A DNA stretch of 64,000 bases from Candidatus Latescibacterota bacterium (GTDB lineage: Bacteria; Latescibacterota; UBA2968; UBA8231). This document shows positions 20,427 through 29,293 of this stretch, one piece after another. The notes beneath the pieces are model-generated. The model ran no database searches. It saw nothing but the letters and a program-made list of their open reading frames with translations, and had not been told where the DNA came from. The position numbers and the translations under genes are program-made. Position 1 is the stretch's first letter. Every line of letters begins with the position of its first letter. The DNA is taken from the NCBI GenBank assembly GCA_963422735.1, contig OY730476.1:3744001-3808000 (forward strand). Reading direction: 5' to 3'.

Positions 20427-20828
20427 GTAAGCTAGCGCATCCTTGCTATCAGCGCCGCGGCCCGCTGCCGTCCCGCCAATCGCCGTCCCGGATAAGCGGA
20501 TCCGCAAGGCCCGCCTTAATCAGCGCCGTCAACAAGTGAGAGAAACGATCATCTATAGTCTCAGATAGCTCGTCCATCTTTGACTCGAGACTGTCTTGAC
20601 GCTTGGCGAGTTCGTCCACCTTCGAGCCGAGACCATCAAGGCGCTCGTTGACTTGGGTAAATCCGGCCCGCATTTCTTTGGAGAGTTCTTCGAGTGTCAT
20701 AGCAGTAGCTCCCCTTGATTTGGTTGTCTCCCCACGAACTACAAAGTAAAATCGCCGCCCAAAACAACCCTGTCAAAGACGCCGTAAGCTAGCGCACCCT
20801 TGCTATCAGTGCCGCGGCCCGCTGCCGT
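20427..20828. repeat. 45-bp direct repeat pair (20427-20471, 20784-20828)
   Basis: GTAAGCTAGCGCAYCCTTGCTATCAGYGCCGCGGCCCGCTGCCGT, 43/45 identical; one copy is the 3' end of the 20789-22048 gene. Confidence 0.9.
20449..20700 (-). CDS. Small coiled-coil hypothetical protein
   Basis: Heptad pattern (VNERLDGLGSKVDELAKRQDSLESKMDEL); RBS AAGGGGAG upstream. Confidence 0.65.
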   Translation of the reverse strand: MTLEELSKEMRAGFTQVNERLDGLGSKVDELAKRQDSLESKMDELSETIDDRFSHLLTALIKAGLADPLIRDGDWRDGSGPRR

Positions 20829-22048
20829 ATCAGCGACTCGCTCGCCGGCGCGATCATCTGTACGCTCGGATAGAACTTGTAGGCTTGGTCGATCTCGTAG
20901 CCGCCGCGTGCGTATTCGTCGGCCGTGGGCACGTAGCCAATGCAGCCATTGGCAAAGCCGCACAAGACGGTCGGTCCATGCACAGCCTCCAAGTCGAGCT
21001 GGTAGCGGGCGAAAAGTTCGCCCTCCATGCCCAAGAGCACCAGCTCGCCGAGGGCCAACGCCTGCATCTCAAAGGGCTGCACCCGAGCGCACCCCACGCC
21101 AGCCCGCACCCATTTGCACATGGCCACAGCCCATTCGAGCTGTGCCTTGGGTGCCTCGCCGCCCCGCGCCAAGTGCGCCCGCAGGTGCCATTTGAGTTTT
21201 TCGGCCTCAGCGCGCCAGCGCGGCGGCAGGGGCCGCAGCGGCAAGTCCAACGGCTCGTGTGCATAGCGCAGTGCCGAGGTGTCTAAGAGCGTGGCCGCAG
21301 TCCGTCCTTCTAGCACGGCCTGCCCCAACTCCTCCCCCAAGCGCTCCACATCGGCAAACGAGCCGTTGGCGATCCGCGGATTGACGTCGCCGCAGGCCCC
21401 ATTTACAAACAAAGCCAACCCGCCGGTCGCCGCCTCAATGCAGCGGGCCGCTTCCCCGGGAAAGTCGCCACTGATCTGGTGGTTATCGCGGCCCAAGACC
21501 ACCGGATGGCAGGCGTAGCTAAAGAGCGTGGCCTCCGCCCCGCGCTCGGCGGCAAAGCGCAACACGTGCGCGTAGGGCACGACCTCGCCTTTGACGCTCT
21601 GCGGCCGGCGGTTGCGGCCTATCTGCACCCGGGGACGCGCATAGTACAAGCGGCCCGGTCGGCTGTCTGCGGCGGCAGCTGTCACCACCTCGGCCACGGC
21701 GTCCACGACCTGTTCCAAATAGAGGCTGTCGATGCAGTTCATGCCCCGGAAGGGGAAGATCAGCGGGCCGGAGTGGGTGTGGGAGGCACAGACCATGATG
21801 GCCGCGCCTTCGATGCCAGTGACGCGCCCTACCCGCTCCCGTATTGTCCTCACAACATCCGCGTCTAACCCCACCAAATCGACGGCGACAAGGGCGACGC
21901 GCGCCGACCCGCGGCCGCAGACGAGGGCCTTAGCCATGAGGCGGTCGCGGATGTACGTGGCCCCGGACCGCCTCCCCCAGTACCCGCCCATTGGGATGCC
22001 GACTGGCGGCGTGATGTCGGCGGCCGCCGCGCCAAAGTGCAAGGTCAC
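20789..22048 (-). CDS. Neutral/alkaline ceramidase N-terminal domain family protein
   Basis: DITPPVGIPMGGY, ASHTHSGP, YACHPV, SGDFPG, GACGDVNP, GYVPT..GGYE. Confidence 0.85.
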   Translation of the reverse strand: MTLHFGAAAADITPPVGIPMGGYWGRRSGATYIRDRLMAKALVCGRGSARVALVAVDLVGLDADVVRTIRERVGRVTGIEGAAIMVCASHTHSGPLIFPFRGMNCIDSLYLEQVVDAVAEVVTAAAADSRPGRLYYARPRVQIGRNRRPQSVKGEVVPYAHVLRFAAERGAEATLFSYACHPVVLGRDNHQISGDFPGEAARCIEAATGGLALFVNGACGDVNPRIANGSFADVERLGEELGQAVLEGRTAATLLDTSALRYAHEPLDLPLRPLPPRWRAEAEKLKWHLRAHLARGGEAPKAQLEWAVAMCKWVRAGVGCARVQPFEMQALALGELVLLGMEGELFARYQLDLEAVHGPTVLCGFANGCIGYVPTADEYARGGYEIDQAYKFYPSVQMIAPASESLIRQRAAALIARVR

Positions 22049-22566
22049 TGCTGCGGCCCCTCTCTCCAGTTGGTGGGCAGGACGACGAGCGGGATGCCTA
22101 GGCCGCAGGCATTGTACAGAGCGCGTAAATCAGCGGCCCCAATCTGCAGGTCCATAGCACCTGAGCGGTGCCACGCCGGGCTGGCGTAGATCAGCAACCC
22201 GCTCGCGAAGTACAGGGCACTGGTGGCCGCGGCGTCGGCGACCAAATTCTGTTCCCAGTCGAAAGGGCTGGGCACCAAGCCGCGCCAAGGGTTGCTGGGT
22301 CGATAGCGCCGCAACCGGGCCTCAAGCGAGGATTGCACCAGCGGTCGCTCCCCAAGGGAGTCGGCCGCGAAGGGCACACGCCGCAAGAGCGCCTTCCCAT
22401 GCATCAGCTGCAGTTCCCCCGCGCCGCGATCCACCAGCAAGTACGGCACGTCCGTTTCTATGGCCTGCAACCAAGCCCGCAACGCGGCGTTGACATAGGC
22501 CAAGTCCTCAGCCGACGCCGCGCTCGCGCCCCATGCAAAGGCCCAAAACAACGCTAGGTGCTTCAT
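22045..22566 (-). CDS. Secreted L,D-transpeptidase-fold protein lacking catalytic His/Cys
   Basis: Signal peptide; aligns by eye with the adjacent YkuD protein, but HG and HGC are replaced. Confidence 0.6.
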   Translation of the reverse strand: MKHLALFWAFAWGASAASAEDLAYVNAALRAWLQAIETDVPYLLVDRGAGELQLMHGKALLRRVPFAADSLGERPLVQSSLEARLRRYRPSNPWRGLVPSPFDWEQNLVADAAATSALYFASGLLIYASPAWHRSGAMDLQIGAADLRALYNACGLGIPLVVLPTNWREGPQQ

Positions 22567-23159
22567 CAGTAGATAAAGACCGGCCAGCCGATTTCGACGG
22601 CCTCGTAGAGGTACTCCAGATCCTCGTTGCCCACCCGTACGCAGCCGTGGGTGATGCTCTTGCCCAAGTTGATTTCAAAGAGCGTGCCGTGGATCATAAA
22701 ATCCTTGAGGAAGTACAATGCGTACGCGCCCAAGACCCCGCGCTGGAACCGCCTCGGGTCCTCGGCGAAAATGGGAATCTCTTCGTCGTTTTCGACGAAG
22801 AACCAAGTCGGCCGGATCCACAGGGGGTCAGCGACTTTGCGGCGGATGGCGAAGCGGCCCTTGGGAGTGTTGAAGGCCCAGCGATGCCACCGCTTGGCAC
22901 CTTCGAGTTTGCGGCCGCTGCCCGTTGCACAAACGGCTTGGCGCAACACCTGCTCCCTATCGCGGAGCAGGATTAGATTGTCTTGGGTGTTAATGACGAT
23001 GTAGGGAGTAGCTAAGTCGTAGCGCTCAATGGCTTGCACCAGTTGCTGGTGCTCTAACGAGAGCGCGGACGCAGACGCGGTGGGCGGCCCCCACAGCAAT
23101 AGCAAAAAAAACAAAGCGGCCGGGAGCAACTCCCGGCCGCCTGTGGTTGGGGCTTGCAA
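22566..23159 (-). CDS. L,D-transpeptidase (YkuD family)
   Basis: TPKGRF, MIHGT..GKSITHGCVRV catalytic motif. Confidence 0.92.
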   Translation of the reverse strand: MQAPTTGGRELLPAALFFLLLLWGPPTASASALSLEHQQLVQAIERYDLATPYIVINTQDNLILLRDREQVLRQAVCATGSGRKLEGAKRWHRWAFNTPKGRFAIRRKVADPLWIRPTWFFVENDEEIPIFAEDPRRFQRGVLGAYALYFLKDFMIHGTLFEINLGKSITHGCVRVGNEDLEYLYEAVEIGWPVFIY

Positions 23160-23169
23160 TGGCGCATGC

Positions 23170-23793
23170 TCAGATGCGCTCGTACCAAGGACGCATCTTC
23201 TCGACTAGTTCGTGGTATTTATCCACGGCCACCATCACGCCGTCGGCGATCTCGGTAGACTTCTGATCCGCGCTTTCGGCGAGGGACTCGGCCTCGGAGA
23301 AATTCTCGCTGTTTAGCGCGGCTTCGGCCGCGTCTAAATCGGCTTCGGCCGTGCTTAACTCAGCGCGCAATTCCTCAATATCGACTTCCGTGCCCTTGCC
23401 AGACGGTGCTTCCTCTAGGCTGGTATATGCGGCACTGACCGCATCGCGGGCGGCGGCAATCACTGCTTCAGCCGACTCCTTCTGGCGTTTCTTTTCGGCG
23501 CGCGCAGCCGACTCTGCCTGCATGGCTTTGCTCTTGGCATCGGCGATTTGCGATCGTGCCTGCTCAAAGTCCTTGAAGAGGAAAAAGCGCTCGGCTTCGG
23601 TGCTGGTCGTTGCTTCGGCTTCGCTGTACGCGCGCTGCGCGGCTGAGTACTCGCTGGCGGCAAAGCGCTCGGCGTCGATGTCCCGGGCCGCGTCGAGAGC
23701 TTGCTTGGCCGCGTCTAGCTCTGCTGTAGGGGGGTCGTCACAGCCCGCCAAAACCGCGGCGGCGACAAACAGCGATATTGCCCGCATTTTCAT
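23170..23793 (-). CDS. DUF4398-like helical lipoprotein
   Basis: Lipobox LAGC, PPTAELDAAKQALDAA..AERFA..EY, Ala-rich coiled coil. Confidence 0.7.
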   Translation of the reverse strand: MKMRAISLFVAAAVLAGCDDPPTAELDAAKQALDAARDIDAERFAASEYSAAQRAYSEAEATTSTEAERFFLFKDFEQARSQIADAKSKAMQAESAARAEKKRQKESAEAVIAAARDAVSAAYTSLEEAPSGKGTEVDIEELRAELSTAEADLDAAEAALNSENFSEAESLAESADQKSTEIADGVMVAVDKYHELVEKMRPWYERI

Positions 23794-23843
23794 GGTCCAC
23801 CTTCCTGAGTTTGAACGTTCTGTGCTTCCCTATAATCAGAGAC

Positions 23844-23873
23844 AATCTAAAGGGAAGTACAGGGTATTGTCAA
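23844..23873 (-). promoter_or_regulatory. Putative sigma70 promoter for the lipoprotein-LDT operon
   Basis: TTGACA-N18-TAGATT on the minus strand. Confidence 0.55.
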
Positions 23874-23909
23874 GCGCAAATCAGGGTGCGGCAGCGCGGC
23901 TTCGCTCCT

Positions 23910-24116
23910 TCAGAATTTCGCGTTTTCGTCGTCGTCGGGCGCAAAATCCTCGTCCTCTTCTCCGGGCACTTCGTAGATCCACCCGCAATTTGGACACAAG
24001 GGATATTCCGCATCCTCTCGGCGGGCTTGGCACTGGGGGCACCGCTGGCCAAAAGGCGACCAGTACTTCAGCACCACGGCGACCAGCAGCAACACGGCCA
24101 ACAAAGTGTAGAACAT
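23910..24116 (-). CDS. Small membrane-anchored zinc-ribbon protein
   Basis: N-terminal TM, CPQC..CPNC, acidic tail; RBS GGAGG upstream. Confidence 0.7.
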   Translation of the reverse strand: MFYTLLAVLLLVAVVLKYWSPFGQRCPQCQARREDAEYPLCPNCGWIYEVPGEEDEDFAPDDDENAKF

Positions 24117-24138
24117 CTGCGACCTCCTCCCCGGCTTC

Positions 24139-24987
24139 TTAGCGACCCTTCTTGGCGGCCTTGAGCTTGCGCAATTGGCGGCGGCGACCCCAGCGGCTGC
24201 GCTTGACGCGCTGGCCCAAGGGCGGCCGCAGTTGCCCGTCGGCGACCAGTTCGTCGAGCACTTGATTGAGTAAGTCTGGCTGATTGGTGATGATCCCTTG
24301 CACCCCCATCGTCGCCAAGTCGCGCATTGCAATATCCTCGTCAACGGTCCAAGCCCAGACCGCAATACCCCGCTTGCGCATCTCTTCGAGAAAAGGCGGG
24401 GTCAGTGCCGCGTACCACATCGCCAGTGCGTTGGCTCCCACTTGCAGCACTTGGCCTACGAGGCGGCGTGCGCGCACCCGCGAGGGCGTGGTCGGCAACT
24501 GGCCGACCAGCAGCGCCGTGGGCAGGGTCGGCGCAAGCAAATTGAGCCGCCGGACGGTCTGCGGATTGAACGCTTGCACCACGACGTGCTCAGCCGCATT
24601 CGCCGCCTCAATGACCTGCACGACGCGCTCGGCAATGCCATCGGCCTTGATCTCTATCAGCACGAGAGCTTGATTCCGCGCCAAGTCGAGCACGTCTTCG
24701 AGTAGGGGCACGCACTCGCCGGCGAAATCATCGCTAAACCAACAGCCAGCGTCGAATTGGCGCACTTCCTCGCCCAAGAGGTCGGCGACCAACCCAGTGC
24801 CATTGGTCGTCCGGTCAAGTGCCGCGTCGTGCAGCACCACGATCTGGCCGTCGCGGGTGGAGTGTATGTCGATTTCGAGAATATCGACGCCGATCTGGAG
24901 GGCCTTTTCGCAAGCGGCCAACGTATTCTCAGGTGCTAGCCCCGGACCGGATGCACCACGATGGGCAATGCGCAGGGGGGTGATCAT
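24139..24987 (-). CDS. Glycerophosphodiester phosphodiesterase
   Basis: IAHRGAS..PENT, EIDIH..DG..VVLHD, IEIK, WTVD, GIITNQP. Confidence 0.93.
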   Translation of the reverse strand: MITPLRIAHRGASGPGLAPENTLAACEKALQIGVDILEIDIHSTRDGQIVVLHDAALDRTTNGTGLVADLLGEEVRQFDAGCWFSDDFAGECVPLLEDVLDLARNQALVLIEIKADGIAERVVQVIEAANAAEHVVVQAFNPQTVRRLNLLAPTLPTALLVGQLPTTPSRVRARRLVGQVLQVGANALAMWYAALTPPFLEEMRKRGIAVWAWTVDEDIAMRDLATMGVQGIITNQPDLLNQVLDELVADGQLRPPLGQRVKRSRWGRRRQLRKLKAAKKGR

Positions 24988-24988
24988 C

Positions 24989-26212
24989 TCAAGCGCCGAA
25001 TTTGTCGAGCCGACGCGCGTGGGCCAGCGCAAGGGCCATCAAGCTGGTTGCCGGCGCGATTCCGAGGCTACCGGCGCTGCAACCTCGCTCGGAAAATTCA
25101 TCCGCCGCGTCGGCCAAGGCCCATCGGCTGGCTATGACCGCGGGCACTGGGTGCCAACTGTGGCTGCACATAATCGAAGGAGTCGAGTGATCGCCGGTGA
25201 CGATGAGCACTTCGGGCTGCAGCGCGAGCAATCGCGGAATGTAGGTATCTACCTCCTCTAACAGCCGCACCTTCAAGTCGAAATCGCCGTCTTCACCCGC
25301 GCTGTCGGTCTTCTTTACGTGGATGTAGAAAAAGTCGTAGTCCGCGTAGCGGCTTTCTAACAAGGCGAACTCAGATTCGAGGTCCCAGCCGACCTCTTCG
25401 ACATCCATGCCCACGGCTCCGGCTACGCCGCGGTACATGGGATACCCGGCAATGCCCAGTGCTTTCAGCCCGTACGCCTCGTCCATTGGCACCATCTCTG
25501 GGTAGCGACCAAATCCTCGCAGCAACACCATATTGGCCGGATGCTCGTCAGCGAGCAAAGCGGCGGCTTGCTCTAGAAAGGCGCTGGCCACTGCAACGGT
25601 GCGCTCGGAACCTGACGCCAGTGCCGACAGGGGCTTGGGCGGCACGCCCGTCACCTGTGGATCCGAGTCCGAGACTTGGTCGCCCAAGCCCGCGCCGCGA
25701 AACACCACGCCGGCGCGGTACTCCATCTCGGCGGCTACCTGTACCTCCACCCCAGGCACTGCGACCGCTCTTAACACTTTGCAAAGCTGGCGGCCTTTTT
25801 CTGTAGGGATGCGGCCGGCACGGCGGTCGCACACCCGGCCCATAGCATCCACCGTGCAAAAATTGAGGCGCGCCGCCACGTCGCCGCGGGCGAAGTCCAG
25901 CCCCAAGCCGAGGGCCGAAAGAGCACCGCGACCGATTTGGCTCTGCCAAGGGTCGTAGCCAAAGAGGGCCAAATGGGCCGGGCCGCTGCCCGGGGTAAAG
26001 CCAGCCCCTAAAGGCGAAATCAGGCCGCAGGTGCCCCCCTTGGCCAGCGCGTCTAAGTTGGGCAATCGGGCCGTCTCCAGCTCGGATTTGCCAGTCGCAG
26101 GATGGGGCAATCCGCCCAAGCCATCGACGACCAACAGGACGATTTTGGCGTCGCTATCCCGGATGCACAACTCCTTGGTGTATTGGGAACTTATCACGTT
26201 CGCATGCTCCAA
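24989..26212 (-). CDS. apgM: 2,3-bisphosphoglycerate-independent phosphoglycerate mutase (archaeal type)
   Basis: DGLGG, PGSGPAHLALFGYDP, DRRAGRI, KKTDSAGEDG, TGDHSTP, HSWHPVP. Confidence 0.92.
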   Translation of the reverse strand: MEHANVISSQYTKELCIRDSDAKIVLLVVDGLGGLPHPATGKSELETARLPNLDALAKGGTCGLISPLGAGFTPGSGPAHLALFGYDPWQSQIGRGALSALGLGLDFARGDVAARLNFCTVDAMGRVCDRRAGRIPTEKGRQLCKVLRAVAVPGVEVQVAAEMEYRAGVVFRGAGLGDQVSDSDPQVTGVPPKPLSALASGSERTVAVASAFLEQAAALLADEHPANMVLLRGFGRYPEMVPMDEAYGLKALGIAGYPMYRGVAGAVGMDVEEVGWDLESEFALLESRYADYDFFYIHVKKTDSAGEDGDFDLKVRLLEEVDTYIPRLLALQPEVLIVTGDHSTPSIMCSHSWHPVPAVIASRWALADAADEFSERGCSAGSLGIAPATSLMALALAHARRLDKFGA

Positions 26213-26239
26213 TTCTGAAGAAAATCGCCCCTCTGTACC

Positions 26240-27934
26240 CTAGGCCGCCGACTCCCGCAAGTGCAGGTCCTTGATGACCATCTGCACAGCGCCGTTGCCT
26301 GTATAGGTGTCTGCCTCCAGCTCGAAAGCCGCGCTCAGCCAGTCGCCCGGCTGCACCTTGTCCGAGAGGCCTTTTTGGTTCCACCACAGCGCAGCACAAC
26401 GGCGACCGGCTACCTCCAATTCGGCCTTGAAGTGGCGGCCGTCGGTGCCAATCTGCCGTGCCGAAACGACCCGGCAGCCCTCTAGGGCAAAAACCGGACG
26501 CCGGTGTCCGTTGCCAAAAGGCTCTAGTGCGGCGAGTTGCTCCACCGTGTCTAGCGTCAAATCGGCCGGCTTGAGCATCAGGTCGATGTCCAAGACAGGT
26601 TGCAGTGCCTCGGTGCTAATGTGGGCGTTGGCGTGGTCAATCAGCGCGAGGCGAAAGGACTCAAAGGCGTCAACCGCGAGCGAAAAACCCGCGGCCGCCG
26701 GATGGCCGCCATGCGTCTCCAAGTGCTCTTCGCAGGCGTGGATTCCTGCGCTGATGTCGTAGCACGGGATGCTGCGGGCCGAGCCTACGCAGAGGCCGTG
26801 GCCGCTGTCTTGGGTACACACAACGGCAGGGCGGGCGTATTCTTCGCACAACTTGCTGGCCAACAGGCCGACAATCCCCGCCTTCCACTCCCCCAGCACC
26901 ACGAGGATGTGGTCCTCCACGTCCTCCTCCGGGCCGACCTGTTCCTCTACCTCCCGTATGCCCTCGCGCTGCCAAGCCTGCCGCTGGGCGTTGAGCCGGT
27001 TGAGTTCATCGGCGAACTGCGCAGCCTCTCCCTCGTTTTCGGAGCGCAAAAGTCGCAGCGCCAGATCGGGTGTCTTCAAGCGACCGGCGACATTGATCCG
27101 CGGCCCCAAGCGAAAACCCAAGCTGGCCGCATCGAGGGGCTGGTCTCGGATGTTGGCCACCCTCTTGAGCGCACGCAGCCCAAGGCGTTTGGTACGCTGG
27201 AGGATCTGTAGGCCGCGCTGGATAAACAGGCGATTTTCCCCCAGCACGGGCACTATATCGGCCACCGTCCCCAGGGCCACGAGGTCGAGCGATTCGTTGA
27301 GATAGCGGCGGCGCTCTTCTCCGGCGAGAAAGGCTTCGCTGAGGGCCTGCACTAGCTTGAAGGTGACGCCGACGCCAGCCAAGTCCTTAAAAGGATACGC
27401 ACAATCGCGGCGATTGGGGTTGACGATGGCGAGGGCACGCGGCAGTTCGGCGAGTTGGTGGTGGTGATCAACTACGACGACCTCCACGCCGCGCATTTCG
27501 GCCAACTCTAGGGCATCGTAGGCCGAAATGCCATTGTCAACCGTGACGATGAGGCGTGCCCCCTTTGCTAGGGCGCGCTCGACTCCGGGCGGCTTGAGGC
27601 CGTATCCGTCCTTGTGGCGATCGGGCAAGAGGCAGTCGCAGTCGGCACCCACGCGCTCGAGAAAATCCATCAGCACGGCGGTGCTGCAAACCCCGTCCAC
27701 GTCGTAGTCGCCGTACACGACGATCTTCTCGCGGACGCGCACGGCGCGTTCTAGGCGCGCAACCGCCGTTGACATGTCCTGCATTTGCTCGGGCGGGTGC
27801 AGGGCTTCAGGGCCGACTTGCAACTCGGCGCAGGTCAGGCCGCGGCTGGCGAGCAGGGCATCAATTAAGCTATCGTACGGGTCGTCGCGGCTGACATTCC
27901 AGACGGGGTAACGGCGCATAATCATCTTAGACAA
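26240..27934 (-). CDS. recJ: ssDNA-specific exonuclease RecJ
   Basis: YGDYDVDG, TVDNG, DHH, GPRINVAGR, GSARS, GGHPAAAG, LEPFGNG. Confidence 0.97.
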   Translation of the reverse strand: MSKMIMRRYPVWNVSRDDPYDSLIDALLASRGLTCAELQVGPEALHPPEQMQDMSTAVARLERAVRVREKIVVYGDYDVDGVCSTAVLMDFLERVGADCDCLLPDRHKDGYGLKPPGVERALAKGARLIVTVDNGISAYDALELAEMRGVEVVVVDHHHQLAELPRALAIVNPNRRDCAYPFKDLAGVGVTFKLVQALSEAFLAGEERRRYLNESLDLVALGTVADIVPVLGENRLFIQRGLQILQRTKRLGLRALKRVANIRDQPLDAASLGFRLGPRINVAGRLKTPDLALRLLRSENEGEAAQFADELNRLNAQRQAWQREGIREVEEQVGPEEDVEDHILVVLGEWKAGIVGLLASKLCEEYARPAVVCTQDSGHGLCVGSARSIPCYDISAGIHACEEHLETHGGHPAAAGFSLAVDAFESFRLALIDHANAHISTEALQPVLDIDLMLKPADLTLDTVEQLAALEPFGNGHRRPVFALEGCRVVSARQIGTDGRHFKAELEVAGRRCAALWWNQKGLSDKVQPGDWLSAAFELEADTYTGNGAVQMVIKDLHLRESAA

Positions 27935-27974
27935 TCTACCTCTATATGGGGGTTTATATGACGTGGCTCAGACA

Positions 27975-28004
27975 ATAATATCAAACGCGGCAAAACCCGG
28001 TCAA
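27975..28004 (-). promoter_or_regulatory. Putative sigma70 promoter for recJ
   Basis: TTGACC-N18-TATTAT with TG extended -10. Confidence 0.5.
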
Positions 28005-28078
28005 GCGCTTGCCTAGACGCTAGTGTTGAGTACATTTATCCGCTGTACTTTTTGAACTTAATCACTCGGGGAAATTAC

Positions 28079-29290
28079 ATGTTGCTTTACTATATATATA
28101 TAGCCCTCCTATGTGTCGCCGCGTTGCCCTGTCTCGCGGCCGCTGGTCCCAACGCAGACGCCGAAATCTTCATCGGCGAAGAAGGCCCCTTCTGCGGGTT
28201 TGCAGCCAATAGCACCGTGGAGTTTAGCGTCTCGGCGCGCAACATGCACAGCGTGCGCCAGGTCAAATTCGAGTTTAGCTGGGAGCCGGCCGACGCCATT
28301 GTCGCGATCTCGGGCGCGCTAGGCGAGACGGCTAGGGCCAATTCCTTTGTCGCCCCAGGGCCACCGCAAATAACAGGTCAGACCGCCCAATGGGGTATAG
28401 CGACTCTCGGCGGTGCAGGGATAGCGGGCGAGGGCCATCTCGCGAACATGGCGTTCACCTTGGCCGACTCCATCCGCCCCACCACGCCCATAGACATCTA
28501 CCTGGATGTGGTGTCGCTCGGGCCTTCTTTTGATGGGCGCGACTCCATCCGCCCCCAAGTCGCCCTCTTGCGCAATTACTGCGACGCTGAGGGGCAGGCT
28601 TTGCCGGACGGCATCTTCCTCCACTCGGTCGGGCAAAACCACTCCCTTTCTACAGCCGGCACCGGCGGCTTGGCCGACGACAGTGAAGGCGAAATCCTCG
28701 TGTCGGCGCGCTTCTTGCAGGCAGGGCACTTCCGCACTGGCGCGTCCTTTATCTGGGACATTACCAACTCTGGAGCAGGCCCGGCGAACGCGTTAGTCAA
28801 CGGCGAAGCCATTCTCATCCCGGCCGGCGCGACCCAGCAGGTAACAACCACTAGCGACGAGCGCGGCCAGACCTACCTGCTCCTCGACTCCGAACAGGCT
28901 ACCACGCTCGTTTTCGAGATCTGCGCCGAAGGATCGTGCGCTGAAACCCAAGTAGAGTGGGGCCTTGCCACGTCCATCCTCGAGCCATCCGGCTTCGCTC
29001 TGCCGCGCGAACTGCTCCTCGCCCCGAACTACCCCAATCCCTTTAACGCCGGCACCGCTATCCCCTTTGCCATCCCCGAGGGCGAGCCTCGCTTTGCCCA
29101 AATCGACATCTTCAACCTAATGGGTCAAAAGGTAGCCACGCCCTTTGCGGCGAGCACACCCCCGGGGCGGCACGTGGCCCACTGGGATAGCCAGTCGGCA
29201 ACCGGTGCGCCGGCGGCCAGCGGCCTTTACATCTATCGCTTGCGGACAGATTCGGCCGAGCGGCACCGCGCCATGCTCCTCTTGCGCTGA
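28079..29290 (+). CDS. Secreted protein with cohesin/Ig-like domains and a T9SS type A/FlgD-Ig-like C-terminal domain
   Basis: Signal peptide; LAPNYPNPFN..IFNLMGQKV..WD..G..AASGLYIYRL. Confidence 0.75.
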   Translation: MLLYYIYIALLCVAALPCLAAAGPNADAEIFIGEEGPFCGFAANSTVEFSVSARNMHSVRQVKFEFSWEPADAIVAISGALGETARANSFVAPGPPQITGQTAQWGIATLGGAGIAGEGHLANMAFTLADSIRPTTPIDIYLDVVSLGPSFDGRDSIRPQVALLRNYCDAEGQALPDGIFLHSVGQNHSLSTAGTGGLADDSEGEILVSARFLQAGHFRTGASFIWDITNSGAGPANALVNGEAILIPAGATQQVTTTSDERGQTYLLLDSEQATTLVFEICAEGSCAETQVEWGLATSILEPSGFALPRELLLAPNYPNPFNAGTAIPFAIPEGEPRFAQIDIFNLMGQKVATPFAASTPPGRHVAHWDSQSATGAPAASGLYIYRLRTDSAERHRAMLLLR

Positions 29291-29293
29291 GCC

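Noticed and set aside
24989-26212. Archaeal-type apgM as a recent horizontal transfer
   Set aside because: The family is known in many bacterial phyla and its composition matches the neighbours.
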